Part shown: positions 28,897 to 38,563 of the stretch, piece by piece | Numbering within the stretch: the stretch's first letter is position 1 | Layout: the number at the start of each line of letters is the position of its first letter | Source of the DNA: Candidatus Zixiibacteriota bacterium | GTDB lineage: Bacteria > Zixibacteria > MSB-5A5 > JAABVY01 > JAHJOQ01 | NCBI GenBank assembly: GCA_018820315.1 | Contig: JAHJOQ010000073.1 | Coordinates: forward strand, 13,343-77,342 | DNA length: 64,000 nt | Direction of reading: 5' to 3' | The notes under the pieces: generated by a model | What the model saw: only the letters and a program-made list of their open reading frames with translations | What the model was told of the DNA's origin: nothing | Database searches by the model: none | Translations under genes and position numbers: made by a program

Positions 28897-30480
28897 ATGG
28901 AAGCAGATAAGAAGAACAAAGCTGTCAGAGTTCGCCGGGCGCTGTTGAGTGTCTCGGACAAGACAGGAATAGTCGAGTTCGCGAAGAAGCTCTGCGAGAT
29001 GGACATCGAGATTATCTCGACAGGCGGTACGAAACGTGTCCTGAAGGAAGCCGGTGTGCAGGTACTGCCAGTGTCTTCGTTTACGGGTGCGCCGGAGATT
29101 CTCGATGGCAGAGTCAAGACCCTGCATCCGGCGGTGCATGGCGGCATTCTCTACAAGAGGGATAACACCGATCATGTGAAACAGATGCGCGAGCATGATA
29201 TGCGCGCTATTGACATGGTTGTCGTGAATCTGTACCCGTTCGAGGAGACTGTAGAGCGTCCCGATGCAACCGATGACGAAATCATCGAGAACATTGATAT
29301 CGGTGGACCCTCGATGGTACGCTCGGCAGCGAAGAACCACAACGATGTTGTCGTCGTGACTGAACCGGCACAGTATGGTCCGATAGTCGAGGAGATGGCT
29401 GCCGCAGATGGGTCAATTTCGTATGAGACGCGATTCAATTGCGCTAAGAGAGCTTTCAAGCTTACGGCGCGCTACGACAGCATGATTGCGGCATACTTCG
29501 GTAGAGAAGATGCCGGAAAAAGCGACGAATTCCCCGACACTCTTAAGCCTGAATACAGCAGAATGACAAGTCTCCGGTATGGTGAGAATCCACATCAGAA
29601 GGCAGCAATCTACTCGCTTGTGGGGCACTCAGGACCATCGCTGGTCGATGCTCAGATACTCGCCGGCAAAGAGCTGTCTTACAACAACTACAATGATCTC
29701 GAGGCTGTGCTCGGCATGCTCCTCGATTTTGAAGATCCATTTGCATGCGTTGTCAAACACACTAACCCATGCGGGGCAGCAGTTGCGGAGACTTCAACCG
29801 AAGCGTACAAACTGGCATACGAGTCTGACCCGATGTCGGCGTTCGGATCGATCATCGGTATCAACCGATTTGTCGATATGGAGATCGCGATGCTCCTCCA
29901 CGAGACGCCATTCGTAGAATGCATAATCGCCCCTGGATACAGCGATGAGGCTGTCGAGATGATGAGAAAGAAGAAGGCTCGTAGGCTCCTCGCGCTCCCG
30001 TCCATTGCGCCTGGAAAGCATGGAAAGGTGCGCCAGACGTTCCTTCAGGGGGGACTACTGGCTCAAACGGTGGACAATTACAGGGTTACACGGGAAGATC
30101 TGAAGGTGGTGTCAAAAGTCCAGCCTAATGAAGGCCAAATTGAGTCTATGTTGTTCGGATTCCAGATAGTGAAGCATATCAAATCGAACGCGATTGTGTT
30201 AGTCCAGGGGAAGCAGACAGTTGGAGTCGGATGCGGTCAGACTTCAAGGGTAGACGCTTCACTGATGGCTGCCTACAAGGCGGGCGACCGATCCAACGGA
30301 GCTGTACTAGCTTCAGATGCCTTTTTCCCGATGCGTGACGGCATCGATAAGGCTGCCGAGGCGGGCGTGGTCGCGATTATCCAGCCGGGGGGATCAAAGC
30401 GCGATGACGAAGCTATTGAGGCGGCAGACGAACACAAAATGGCAATGGTTTTGACGGGAATACGGCATTTTAAGCACTGA
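28897..30480 (+). CDS. purH: Bifunctional AICAR transformylase / IMP cyclohydrolase
   Basis: MGS-like N-terminus [20 protein letters not shown]...ISTGGT...[17 protein letters not shown]-terminal AICARFT domain. Confidence 0.9.
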   Translation: MEADKKNKAVRVRRALLSVSDKTGIVEFAKKLCEMDIEIISTGGTKRVLKEAGVQVLPVSSFTGAPEILDGRVKTLHPAVHGGILYKRDNTDHVKQMREHDMRAIDMVVVNLYPFEETVERPDATDDEIIENIDIGGPSMVRSAAKNHNDVVVVTEPAQYGPIVEEMAAADGSISYETRFNCAKRAFKLTARYDSMIAAYFGREDAGKSDEFPDTLKPEYSRMTSLRYGENPHQKAAIYSLVGHSGPSLVDAQILAGKELSYNNYNDLEAVLGMLLDFEDPFACVVKHTNPCGAAVAETSTEAYKLAYESDPMSAFGSIIGINRFVDMEIAMLLHETPFVECIIAPGYSDEAVEMMRKKKARRLLALPSIAPGKHGKVRQTFLQGGLLAQTVDNYRVTREDLKVVSKVQPNEGQIESMLFGFQIVKHIKSNAIVLVQGKQTVGVGCGQTSRVDASLMAAYKAGDRSNGAVLASDAFFPMRDGIDKAAEAGVVAIIQPGGSKRDDEAIEAADEHKMAMVLTGIRHFKH

Positions 30481-30545
30481 CGGATCTTTTTTGCCTTGCG
30501 GTTAGGTTGATGATTTAGTAGATTTCACCTAACCGTGGAGGACAC

Positions 30546-31013
30546 TTGGGAGAAAGAATTCTAGACATCGTGTTCTATCTTGTGCAGTATGTCAGAACGC
30601 ACAATGGTTCGCTCGCGCACCTTGATGACATCTCGAAGTCACTGAGAAATCTCGGGTTTACCGAGAGCGAAATCTCATCTGCTTACGGTTGGTTTCTGGA
30701 GGAAGTGCAGTCTCGAAGCGAGAAGTTCGTGTTTTCTAACGACATCGGCAATTGCCAGCCGCGTGTATTCTCAGAGCTTGAAAGACAGCAGATTGAGCCT
30801 GCCGCTCAGGGATATCTAATCCAGATTCATCAGATGGGGCTGCTCAGCGAAGAAGAATTCGAAATGACGATTGAGCGGGCGATGATGTTGGCTCCTGAGC
30901 AAGTAGACGTCGCAGGAATGAAGATGCTCACCTCGACGGTGCTGTTCTCCGGCGCCTCTCCCAATATGGATCTCAACTGGTTCAATGTCTCGGGCGACGA
31001 GACTGTCCATTGA
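30546..31013 (+). CDS. smg: Smg-like (DUF494) protein
   Basis: N-terminus ILDIVFYLVQYVRTHN...LRNLGFTESEISSAYGWFLE parallels Enterobacterial Smg (FDVLMYLFE...LTDAGFEREDIYNALLWLE). TTG start with GGAGG RBS. Confidence 0.55.
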   Translation: MGERILDIVFYLVQYVRTHNGSLAHLDDISKSLRNLGFTESEISSAYGWFLEEVQSRSEKFVFSNDIGNCQPRVFSELERQQIEPAAQGYLIQIHQMGLLSEEEFEMTIERAMMLAPEQVDVAGMKMLTSTVLFSGASPNMDLNWFNVSGDETVH

Positions 31014-31018
31014 TCTAA

Positions 31019-32215
31019 GTGCGACTATCAGGTAAGAAGATTCTGTTAGGTATCACCGGCTGTATTGCAGCCTATAAGGCGGGCTACGTCTTACGCGCAC
31101 TGATGCGGGAAGGTGCAGAGGTCAGAGTCGTGATGACCAAGGCTGCCTGCGAATTTGTAACACCCCTGACTTTTGAAGCTTTGTCGGGCAGACCGGTCGC
31201 TGTCGAGATGTTTCCTCGGGATCAGTTTTCCTCTGTGCAGCATGTATTTGCAGCGGAGTGGGCTGATTTGATTCTTGTTGCGCCTGCGACGGCGAGCATT
31301 ATCGCAAAATCGGCATCGGGTGTCTGGGATGATCTTCTCTCGACTACAATCGGTGCCGCGCAGAGTCAGGTGATATTTTCTCCCGCAATGAACACATTCA
31401 TGTGGAATAATCCGGTAACTCAGCAGAATATTGCCAAACTGAAGTCGTTCGGACATGAGTTTATCGATCCGGAGGAAGGCGATCTGGCCAGTTGGGCGGT
31501 GGGACCGGGGAGGTTTCCCGAGCCTGACACGATCGTTGAGTTTGTGGTGAATTTCTTTGGGAAGCAGACTGACTTCGTCGGGAAGAGAGTCCTCGTAACT
31601 GCTGGTCCGACATACGAATATATTGATCCTGTCAGGTTTATCGGGAATCCCTCGACCGGAGCGATGGGTTTTGCGTTGGCGGACGCTGCTCGGAAGCGAG
31701 GCGCCGATGTCACGCTGATATCCGGCCCAACGCAGCTCGAACCGCCTGTTGTCAGCGAATTTTGCTCGATTATATCGACTGATCAGTTGGCGGAAGAGGT
31801 TCTGTCTCGAGTCGAGAATGCAGATATTGTAATTATGGCTGCGGCACCCTCCGATTATTCCCCGGCGAACTCATACAGCAATCAGAAGATCAAGAAATCG
31901 ACCAAGCCGCTGTCGATCAAGCTTTCACCGACTATGGATATTTTGAAGGAAGTCGGTAAGAAGAAGGGCAGCAAGATCGTGGTTGGATTTGCCTTGGAGA
32001 CTGAGAAAGAAGTTGCCAACGCTCGCAAGAAAATGACCGACAAGAAGCTCGATATGATTGTCGTCAATAATCCAAATGCCGAAGGGGCCGGTTTCGGAAC
32101 CAAGACGAACAAAGTCACTATTCTCAGCGGCAAATCAAAGGCCGAGAAGTTGCCATTGATGTCTAAGCGCGACCTTGCCGATGAAATCCTCAACCGCATA
32201 AAGAAACTTATCTAA
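31019..32215 (+). CDS. coaBC: Bifunctional phosphopantothenoylcysteine decarboxylase / phosphopantothenate-cysteine ligase
   Basis: Flavoprotein N-terminus [24 protein letters not shown]-terminal DFP ligase domain ([24 protein letters not shown]). GTG start. Confidence 0.9.
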   Translation: MRLSGKKILLGITGCIAAYKAGYVLRALMREGAEVRVVMTKAACEFVTPLTFEALSGRPVAVEMFPRDQFSSVQHVFAAEWADLILVAPATASIIAKSASGVWDDLLSTTIGAAQSQVIFSPAMNTFMWNNPVTQQNIAKLKSFGHEFIDPEEGDLASWAVGPGRFPEPDTIVEFVVNFFGKQTDFVGKRVLVTAGPTYEYIDPVRFIGNPSTGAMGFALADAARKRGADVTLISGPTQLEPPVVSEFCSIISTDQLAEEVLSRVENADIVIMAAAPSDYSPANSYSNQKIKKSTKPLSIKLSPTMDILKEVGKKKGSKIVVGFALETEKEVANARKKMTDKKLDMIVVNNPNAEGAGFGTKTNKVTILSGKSKAEKLPLMSKRDLADEILNRIKKLI

Positions 32216-32217
32216 TC

Positions 32218-32922
32218 ATGCCTGACCCGTGGGATTTGGCAGAAATTGCTGAAACGGCCAAGAAGGCTCTGTTGCAGGCTGAAGAGCTTGGGACTGGTGC
32301 GCCGCAGATCGGAACCGAAGTGCTGAAGAGCATTAGCCTCGGCTCCGGGTCCGAGGATAGTGCGAAATTGCTGGCTGAGTTCAATTCAGAGATCAAGAAT
32401 TGTACTCTTTGCAGGTTGCATGAAGGGCGAAACAAACTTGTGTTCGGAGTCGGCAATCCCGATGCGGATGTGATGTTTGTCGGTGAGGGTCCGGGGCGCG
32501 ACGAGGACCTCAAGGGCGAGCCGTTTGTGGGACGTGCCGGGCAGCTCCTAGACAAGATTCTTGCGGCGATCGGCTTTGATCGGTCGATTGTCTACATCGC
32601 CAATATCGTGAAATGTCGCCCTCCGCAAAATCGCGATCCACAGCCGGACGAAATGACGACCTGCATGCCGTATCTTTTTCGCCAGATTGAAATCATCCAG
32701 CCAAAGCTGATTTGCTGCCTCGGGCGCATTTCGGCTCAGGCGCTGCTTCAGACCACGCAGCAACTCGGAAAACTACGAGGCCAGTTTCACGATTTCCGGG
32801 GCATCAAGCTGCTGGTGACATATCATCCAGCCGCGCTGCTTCGATTCCAGCAGTACAAGCGTCCGACATGGGAAGATGTCCAGATGCTTCGCGCCGAGTA
32901 CGACTGGATGATCGGCAAGTAG
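32218..32922 (+). CDS. Family 4 uracil-DNA glycosylase (UdgA-type, 4Fe-4S)
   Basis: [36 protein letters not shown]...[16 protein letters not shown]...[13 protein letters not shown]. Confidence 0.85.
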   Translation: MPDPWDLAEIAETAKKALLQAEELGTGAPQIGTEVLKSISLGSGSEDSAKLLAEFNSEIKNCTLCRLHEGRNKLVFGVGNPDADVMFVGEGPGRDEDLKGEPFVGRAGQLLDKILAAIGFDRSIVYIANIVKCRPPQNRDPQPDEMTTCMPYLFRQIEIIQPKLICCLGRISAQALLQTTQQLGKLRGQFHDFRGIKLLVTYHPAALLRFQQYKRPTWEDVQMLRAEYDWMIGK

Positions 32923-32973
32923 CTTCTAATCACCAAGACCACTCAACCAGTAGCGAATCACCAATTCAGCAGT

Positions 32974-33270
32974 TCATCTCTTCGTCCAATGACCGGCTAC
33001 CCAGACATGGCCACGACCCTGTCTCTTGTGATAGCCCGGCACCCAATTTCCTCTGGGATTCCTCTCCCAGTGCCCACTGTTCCAGACGTACATGTGATTA
33101 TTCCACTTCCAGTAACCATCGATCCAGACAGCTTTGGGGCCCGGCCGGGGTGGTTTGATCTCCGACTTAGTTGGTGGCGGCGCTTCGGTGATGACCATCG
33201 GACCAGCACAGCTGTAAGCGTAAAGTGCTATCAGCGCGATCATCCCGAGTACGAACAATGTTTTTCTCAT
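32974..33270 (-). CDS. Small lipoprotein with YXWGXW/WXXGXW repeats
   Basis: Start re-assigned to ATG at 33270 (AAAGGGGA RBS). Signal MRKTLFVLGMIALIALYAYSC (lipobox-like). Four repeats: WIDGYWKWN, WNSGHWERN, WVPGYHKRQ, WVAGHWTKR. Confidence 0.55.
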   Translation of the reverse strand: MRKTLFVLGMIALIALYAYSCAGPMVITEAPPPTKSEIKPPRPGPKAVWIDGYWKWNNHMYVWNSGHWERNPRGNWVPGYHKRQGRGHVWVAGHWTKR

Positions 33271-33620
33271 ATATTCCCCTTTCATATCCACTATCGGCCG
33301 ATTATCTGCGATGTCCATATTGAGGATCATAGAACTTGCGGTAAATGTGATGCGGCGTTCATTTCGAAACACTTCTGCGAGGTGACCTATGCGGATTCTT
33401 GCGTAATGGCTGTGGATATGGCGCATGGGATGTACCCCAGCCACATTAACGATGGCAGATTTCGGAGAATCCTGCACTACAATCGTGTCGAGAGGGTTCG
33501 TTCTTGACCGGCGCGTTGGGATTGTGTATTTTAAGTCATTAATCCCACTTCAGGGTGTGGGCTGCCCAGTGGTTTTGAAGGGTATAGTCTGACAATCATA
33601 CTAACGCAGGGAAGCTTCCG

Positions 33621-35033
33621 ATGGCAGGTTCAGATACATCACAGAAACAGCCCCCTCATTCAGTTGAAGCCGAGCGCGCGGTACTAAGTGCAGTTCTGAA
33701 TTACAGAGACTCCATTCATGACGCAGCCGACGTTTTGACCCCGGAGTGTTTTTACGATGGTCGCCATGAGGTCGTATTTGCATCAGCTATCGAGCTCTAC
33801 AATGATGGCATCCCGATTGACCTTGTAACGATTTCAGATGACCTGACCAAGAAAAGCAAGCTCGACAAAATCGGCGGAATCGAGATGCTGACCGATCTGT
33901 TGACCGTGGTATCTTCGTCTGCCAATGTCCGCCACCATGCCGAGATTATCTATGACAAGTTTCTTCTACGGCGGCTAAAGCGAGCTGCTGATGATATATC
34001 TATTCAGGCTCGCAATGCCGAGGAGGGTGCAGAAGAAATCATAAACCACGCCGAGAACGAGATATTCAGAATCAGCCAGCGGCGACTTGGTGAGGGGTTC
34101 GTGTCGATAAACACGATCCTCCCACGCACATTCGATGAGATCGAAAACTACCGTCAGCGCAAAGGTTCGATCATCGGGACTCCGACCGGCTATCATGATC
34201 TCGATCGGATGACATCGGGACTCCAGGACAACGATCTGATTGTCGTTGCCGGGCGTCCATCTATGGGCAAGACTGCGCTTGCTCTCAACATCTGCGCGCA
34301 CATAGCGATGGAAGAGAAAAGAGGAGTGGGGTTATTCTCGCTCGAAATGTCCGCAAACCAAATTTCGCAACGGATGCTCTGCGCCAAAGCACACATCAGT
34401 CCTCACATGCTCCGCTCCGGGATGCTGCGGGATGAGGATTATACCCGGCTCGGAATCGCTGTCGGACCACTCTCCGAGGCGCCGATATTCATCGACGATT
34501 CACCGAACATTAGTATTCTCGAACTGAGATCCAAAGCGCGCAGGTTAAAAGTGCGTGAGGATATAGGACTGCTTGTGATAGACTATCTGCAAATGATGCA
34601 CGGAGGAGCATCCTCAGAGAGCCGTCAACAGGAAATATCACAGATTTCGAGATCGCTCAAGGCTCTTGCCAAAGATCTCAGCATTCCGGTGATGGCAGTT
34701 TCACAGCTCTCTCGTGCTCCTGAGATGCGCGGGGGCGACAGACGACCGCAGCTTGCGGACCTTCGTGAATCGGGCGCAATCGAGCAGGATGCCGATCTTG
34801 TAGCATTTGTTTATCGAGAAGAATATTATCTGGAAAGGACGCCGGATGGCTGCCCGCCCGACAAGCAAGGGATTGCCGAGATAATTGTCGCAAAGCAGCG
34901 TAACGGTCCGACAGGGGTTGTAAAGTTGACGTTCCTGAAGGACTACATCCAGTTTGTCAATCCTGAGTTTCACCACAGGGAGCCGGCTGGCGTCGCGTAC
35001 GATGATGATAATGCGGGGGATGTGCCGTTTTGA
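33621..35033 (+). CDS. dnaB: Replicative DNA helicase
   Basis: N-terminal PPHSVEAERAVLSAVL. Walker A GRPSMGKTALALN. Characteristic H2-H4 motifs (SLEMS, LLVIDYLQM). Confidence 0.92.
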   Translation: MAGSDTSQKQPPHSVEAERAVLSAVLNYRDSIHDAADVLTPECFYDGRHEVVFASAIELYNDGIPIDLVTISDDLTKKSKLDKIGGIEMLTDLLTVVSSSANVRHHAEIIYDKFLLRRLKRAADDISIQARNAEEGAEEIINHAENEIFRISQRRLGEGFVSINTILPRTFDEIENYRQRKGSIIGTPTGYHDLDRMTSGLQDNDLIVVAGRPSMGKTALALNICAHIAMEEKRGVGLFSLEMSANQISQRMLCAKAHISPHMLRSGMLRDEDYTRLGIAVGPLSEAPIFIDDSPNISILELRSKARRLKVREDIGLLVIDYLQMMHGGASSESRQQEISQISRSLKALAKDLSIPVMAVSQLSRAPEMRGGDRRPQLADLRESGAIEQDADLVAFVYREEYYLERTPDGCPPDKQGIAEIIVAKQRNGPTGVVKLTFLKDYIQFVNPEFHHREPAGVAYDDDNAGDVPF

Positions 35034-35806
35034 TATTTCTGCGGTACCTTGGGAGAGTCACAACGTCGCTCTTTTCTGATCTCGGTGGCATCTGTCTGAT
35101 GCTGGCCGGGGTCATTCGTTCGCTGCCCTCACAATTCAGACATTTCGGACTTATCACCGAACAGATGCTTCGAATGGGTGTGAATTCACTCCCGCTGATC
35201 GTATTGACATCGATATTCACCGGGGCGGTGTCCGCATGGCAGGCGGCGTATCAGATGGAGGGCTATGTCCCGCTCAGATACCTCGGCACTGGCGTGTCGA
35301 AGGCCGTTTTCATTGAACTGGCACCTGTGTTGACTGCTCTTGTCGTTGCCGGTCGTGTAGGAGCCTCAATAGCCGCCGAACTCGGGACGATGCGGGTAAC
35401 GGAACAGATCGATGCCATGGAAACGATGGCTATCGATCCGATCGGCTACCTCGTGACACCGCGTATCATATCCGGAATGATCATGCTGCCGGTGCTAGTC
35501 ATTTTCGCTGATATCATTGCCATTCTGGGAGCGCTGGCCGTAGCTACCGCACTTCTTGGCATCGAACCGGAACTGTTCATGAACGGGATGAAGGCTTTTT
35601 TCAGAGTGTCTGACGTGCTGTCGGGACTGGTCAAGGCGGTGTCATTCGGAGTTATCATATCGACACTCGGCTGTTTCCACGGCTTCAAGGCATCTGGCGG
35701 CGCAGAGGGCGTCGGCCTTGCCACAACAAGAGCGGTCGTAACATCATCTGTCTTGATATTAGTATCTGATTATGTAATCGCGACACTGCTCTTCAGGGTT
35801 GGATGA
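35030..35806 (+). CDS. mlaE: MlaE-family ABC transporter permease (lipid asymmetry maintenance)
   Basis: Conserved MlaE core ELAPVLTALVVAGRVGASIAAELGTMRVTEQIDAMETMAIDPI. TTG start overlaps the dnaB stop (TTGA). Confidence 0.85.
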   Translation: MIFLRYLGRVTTSLFSDLGGICLMLAGVIRSLPSQFRHFGLITEQMLRMGVNSLPLIVLTSIFTGAVSAWQAAYQMEGYVPLRYLGTGVSKAVFIELAPVLTALVVAGRVGASIAAELGTMRVTEQIDAMETMAIDPIGYLVTPRIISGMIMLPVLVIFADIIAILGALAVATALLGIEPELFMNGMKAFFRVSDVLSGLVKAVSFGVIISTLGCFHGFKASGGAEGVGLATTRAVVTSSVLILVSDYVIATLLFRVG

Positions 35807-36530
35807 GATGATTCGAATCGAGAATCTGCATAAGAGTTTTGATGACAAGCTGGTGCTCCGGGGAGTCGACCTCGAAATCCTCGATGGCGAGGTTATGGTC
35901 ATTCTTGGCTCGTCCGGCTGCGGCAAGAGTGTCCTGTTGAAACACCTCATAGGTCTGATGATGCCGGATGAAGGCAGCGTGATAGTCGACGGAACGGATA
36001 TCACCTCTTTGTCCAAGAGAGCGCTGTACGAAGTAAGGCGCAATTTTGGGATGCTGTTTCAATCTGCGGCCCTGTTTGATTCAATGACAGTATACGAAAA
36101 CGTTTCGCTCGGTCTTACTGAACATTCACCCCTGTCGGAAGCGGAGAAGCGCGAGATAGTGAGAGACAAGTTGGAATTGGTCGGGCTTTCCGATACCGAG
36201 GAGATGTCTCCATCTGAGCTTTCTGGTGGTATGCGAAAGAGGGTCGGGCTGGCGCGAGCGATTTGCATGGATCCGGCAATAGTGCTCTACGACGAGCCGA
36301 CGACCGGACTCGATCCTGTCATTGGTGACACGATAAACGATCTGATCCAACGACTGCAGAGTCGTCTAAACATAACTTCTGTCGTAGTGACTCACGACAT
36401 GCGGTCGGCATTCATGGTCGCCGATCGGATGGCTATGCTAAGCAACGGGAAGATTCATTTTGTCGGAACATCAAAAGAAATCGAAGCATCAGATGATCCG
36501 GAAGTACGCGAATTCCTTGCGCATCGATAA
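35799..36530 (+). CDS. mlaF: MlaF-type ABC transporter ATP-binding protein
   Basis: Walker A GSSGCGKS. ABC signature LSGGMRKRVGLARA. Walker B VLYDEPTTGLD. Overlaps the mlaE stop. Confidence 0.88.
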   Translation: MDEMIRIENLHKSFDDKLVLRGVDLEILDGEVMVILGSSGCGKSVLLKHLIGLMMPDEGSVIVDGTDITSLSKRALYEVRRNFGMLFQSAALFDSMTVYENVSLGLTEHSPLSEAEKREIVRDKLELVGLSDTEEMSPSELSGGMRKRVGLARAICMDPAIVLYDEPTTGLDPVIGDTINDLIQRLQSRLNITSVVVTHDMRSAFMVADRMAMLSNGKIHFVGTSKEIEASDDPEVREFLAHR

Positions 36531-36559
36531 GATGGCAATCAATCTGTTAAGTTGAATTT

Positions 36560-37924
36560 ATGGCCACTGCTGAAAAAACGATCTATGTCTGCCAGTCGTG
36601 CGGATCGACTTATCCGAAATGGTCGGGCAAGTGCGTGCAGTGTGGTGAGTGGAACACGCTGACTGAAGAGAAGCAGAAGAAAAAGACACAGAGGCAGATC
36701 GACAGCGACCGCCTTGGGACAGTCGTGACTCGTCTCGACAAAATCGAAACCTCGGACAACTTCCGCGTGCCGACTGCTCTTGGTGAGTTTGACCGAGTTA
36801 TCGGCGGTGGGCTTGTCGCGGGTGCGTCGCTGCTGCTGGGTGGCGATCCCGGGATCGGGAAATCGACGTTGTTGCTGCAGACAGCCGGAAGTTTGGCATT
36901 GAACGGTCAGTCGGTGCTATATGTCTCGGGCGAGGAATCGGCTGAGCAGATAAAGAATCGCGCAGATCGGCTCGGGATAATGTCTGACAGAGTGACTGTC
37001 GCCACAACTACGGAGATGCATGAAATCAAGGCTATCATCGATCGGGAATATCATTCGTTTGTGATTATAGACTCGATCCAGACATTGCGTTCGCGGGAAT
37101 ACGAGTCATCGCCGGGAACCGTGACCCAGATACGCGAATGTGTAGCCGTGCTACAGGACATCTGCTCCGCGAGAGGCATGTGCCTGCTGCTCATTGGACA
37201 TATTACCAAAGAAGGCGCAATAGCCGGTCCGAAAGTCCTCGAGCATATGGTTGATGTGGTTTTGTATTTTGAAGGCGAGAAGAATCATCTCTATCGGATT
37301 CTGCGCGCAGAGAAGAATCGGTTCGGATCGACTTCAGAGATCGGTATCTTCACAATCGGTGGCGCCGGCCTTGAGCCTGTCGCAAATCCATCACAACTTT
37401 TCTTGTCGGAGCGCACCGGCGGCATTTCCGGTCAGGCAATCGTCTGCTCAGTCGAGGGCGCTCGACCGATTCTCTTCGAAATTCAGGCGTTGGTTGCGGA
37501 TTCATCGTACGGAGTTTCTCAGCGAGTGTCATCCGGCTTTGACCAGAAGCGATTGAGTCTGTTGCTTGCGATCCTCGAAAAGAAGCAGGGATTTCGCCTT
37601 GCGGGCAAGGATGTGTTCGTCAATCTGGCTGGAGGATTGCGAATCGATGAGCCTGCAATCGATCTTGGAGTGATGAGCGCAATAGTGTCGAGCCATCAGG
37701 ATACGCCGGTGAGAAGCGATTCTGTGCTGGTCGGCGAGGTCGGACTGGGCGGGGAGATACGGTCCGTTCCGAAGCTTGAAGCGAGAATCAAGGAGGCGAT
37801 TAATCTCGGTTTCTCAAGAATTGTCGTCCCCAATCGAGGGCTGGGTGATTTGAAAAGCAAGTCGGGAATCAAGATAGTGCCTGTGTCGACACTCGACGAG
37901 GCATTCAGAGCTGCATTAGAATAG
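36560..37924 (+). CDS. radA: DNA repair protein RadA/Sms
   Basis: Zn-finger CQSCGSTYPKWSGKCVQCGEWN. Walker A GDPGIGKST. KNRFG motif. Lon-like C-terminal domain. Confidence 0.92.
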   Translation: MATAEKTIYVCQSCGSTYPKWSGKCVQCGEWNTLTEEKQKKKTQRQIDSDRLGTVVTRLDKIETSDNFRVPTALGEFDRVIGGGLVAGASLLLGGDPGIGKSTLLLQTAGSLALNGQSVLYVSGEESAEQIKNRADRLGIMSDRVTVATTTEMHEIKAIIDREYHSFVIIDSIQTLRSREYESSPGTVTQIRECVAVLQDICSARGMCLLLIGHITKEGAIAGPKVLEHMVDVVLYFEGEKNHLYRILRAEKNRFGSTSEIGIFTIGGAGLEPVANPSQLFLSERTGGISGQAIVCSVEGARPILFEIQALVADSSYGVSQRVSSGFDQKRLSLLLAILEKKQGFRLAGKDVFVNLAGGLRIDEPAIDLGVMSAIVSSHQDTPVRSDSVLVGEVGLGGEIRSVPKLEARIKEAINLGFSRIVVPNRGLGDLKSKSGIKIVPVSTLDEAFRAALE

Positions 37925-37938
37925 AGCAGGAGGGTACT

Positions 37939-38520
37939 GTGGCCAAAACATTGATCAAACCAGACGGGTTCATGGTTCCACTGCCTGCGACCCTGCTCTC
38001 CTGTCAGAAGCCGGGGGAGACACCTAACATCATCACGTTGTCATGGGTCGGTGTGCTTTGCAGCGAACCACCGCTGATCGGAGTCGGTATCAGGCCCGGC
38101 AGATATTCTTACGGCATTGTGAAGGAGACCGGTGAGTTTGTTATCAATGTGCCAAATGAAGATCAGGTGGCTGCGTCAGATTATTGCGGGCATGTTTCCG
38201 GCCGCAAGAAGGATAAATTCGCGGAGTGTTCGTTAACAGCGGAAAAGGGTAGTGTCGTTTCGGCGCCGATCATCAAGGAATGCCCCATTAATATCGAGTG
38301 CAGAGTGACTCAGTCGATTGTGCTCGGATCGCATGAGCTTTTTATCGGCGAGATAGTCGCAATACAGGTAGATGAGAATTGTCTCAACGACAAAGGTCAT
38401 GTCGATATCGGCAAAGTGAAACCATTTGTGTATATCCCCGGTTCGAGTGAGTATGTCGGTGGATTTGACAACCTTCTCGGCAGGAGTGGGTTTGCAGCAA
38501 AGAAGCGAACGATGCAATAG
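37939..38520 (+). CDS. Flavin reductase-like (FMN-binding split-barrel) domain protein
   Basis: The sequence pattern (PNIITLSWVGVLCSEPPLIGVGIRPGRYSYGIVKETGEFVINVP...GEIV) is consistent with the flavin reductase like domain. GTG start. Confidence 0.6.
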   Translation: MAKTLIKPDGFMVPLPATLLSCQKPGETPNIITLSWVGVLCSEPPLIGVGIRPGRYSYGIVKETGEFVINVPNEDQVAASDYCGHVSGRKKDKFAECSLTAEKGSVVSAPIIKECPINIECRVTQSIVLGSHELFIGEIVAIQVDENCLNDKGHVDIGKVKPFVYIPGSSEYVGGFDNLLGRSGFAAKKRTMQ

Positions 38521-38563
38521 TGCATCGTTGTTGCGATATTAGATCGCAATTAGTGGAAACAAA

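Noticed and set aside
30500-30534. 8 bp perfect hairpin (GGTTAGGT-N19-ACCTAACC) just upstream of the smg RBS as a riboregulator
   Set aside because: The stem ends before the GGAGG RBS and does not sequester it. It is more likely an incidental structure or weak terminator for purH.
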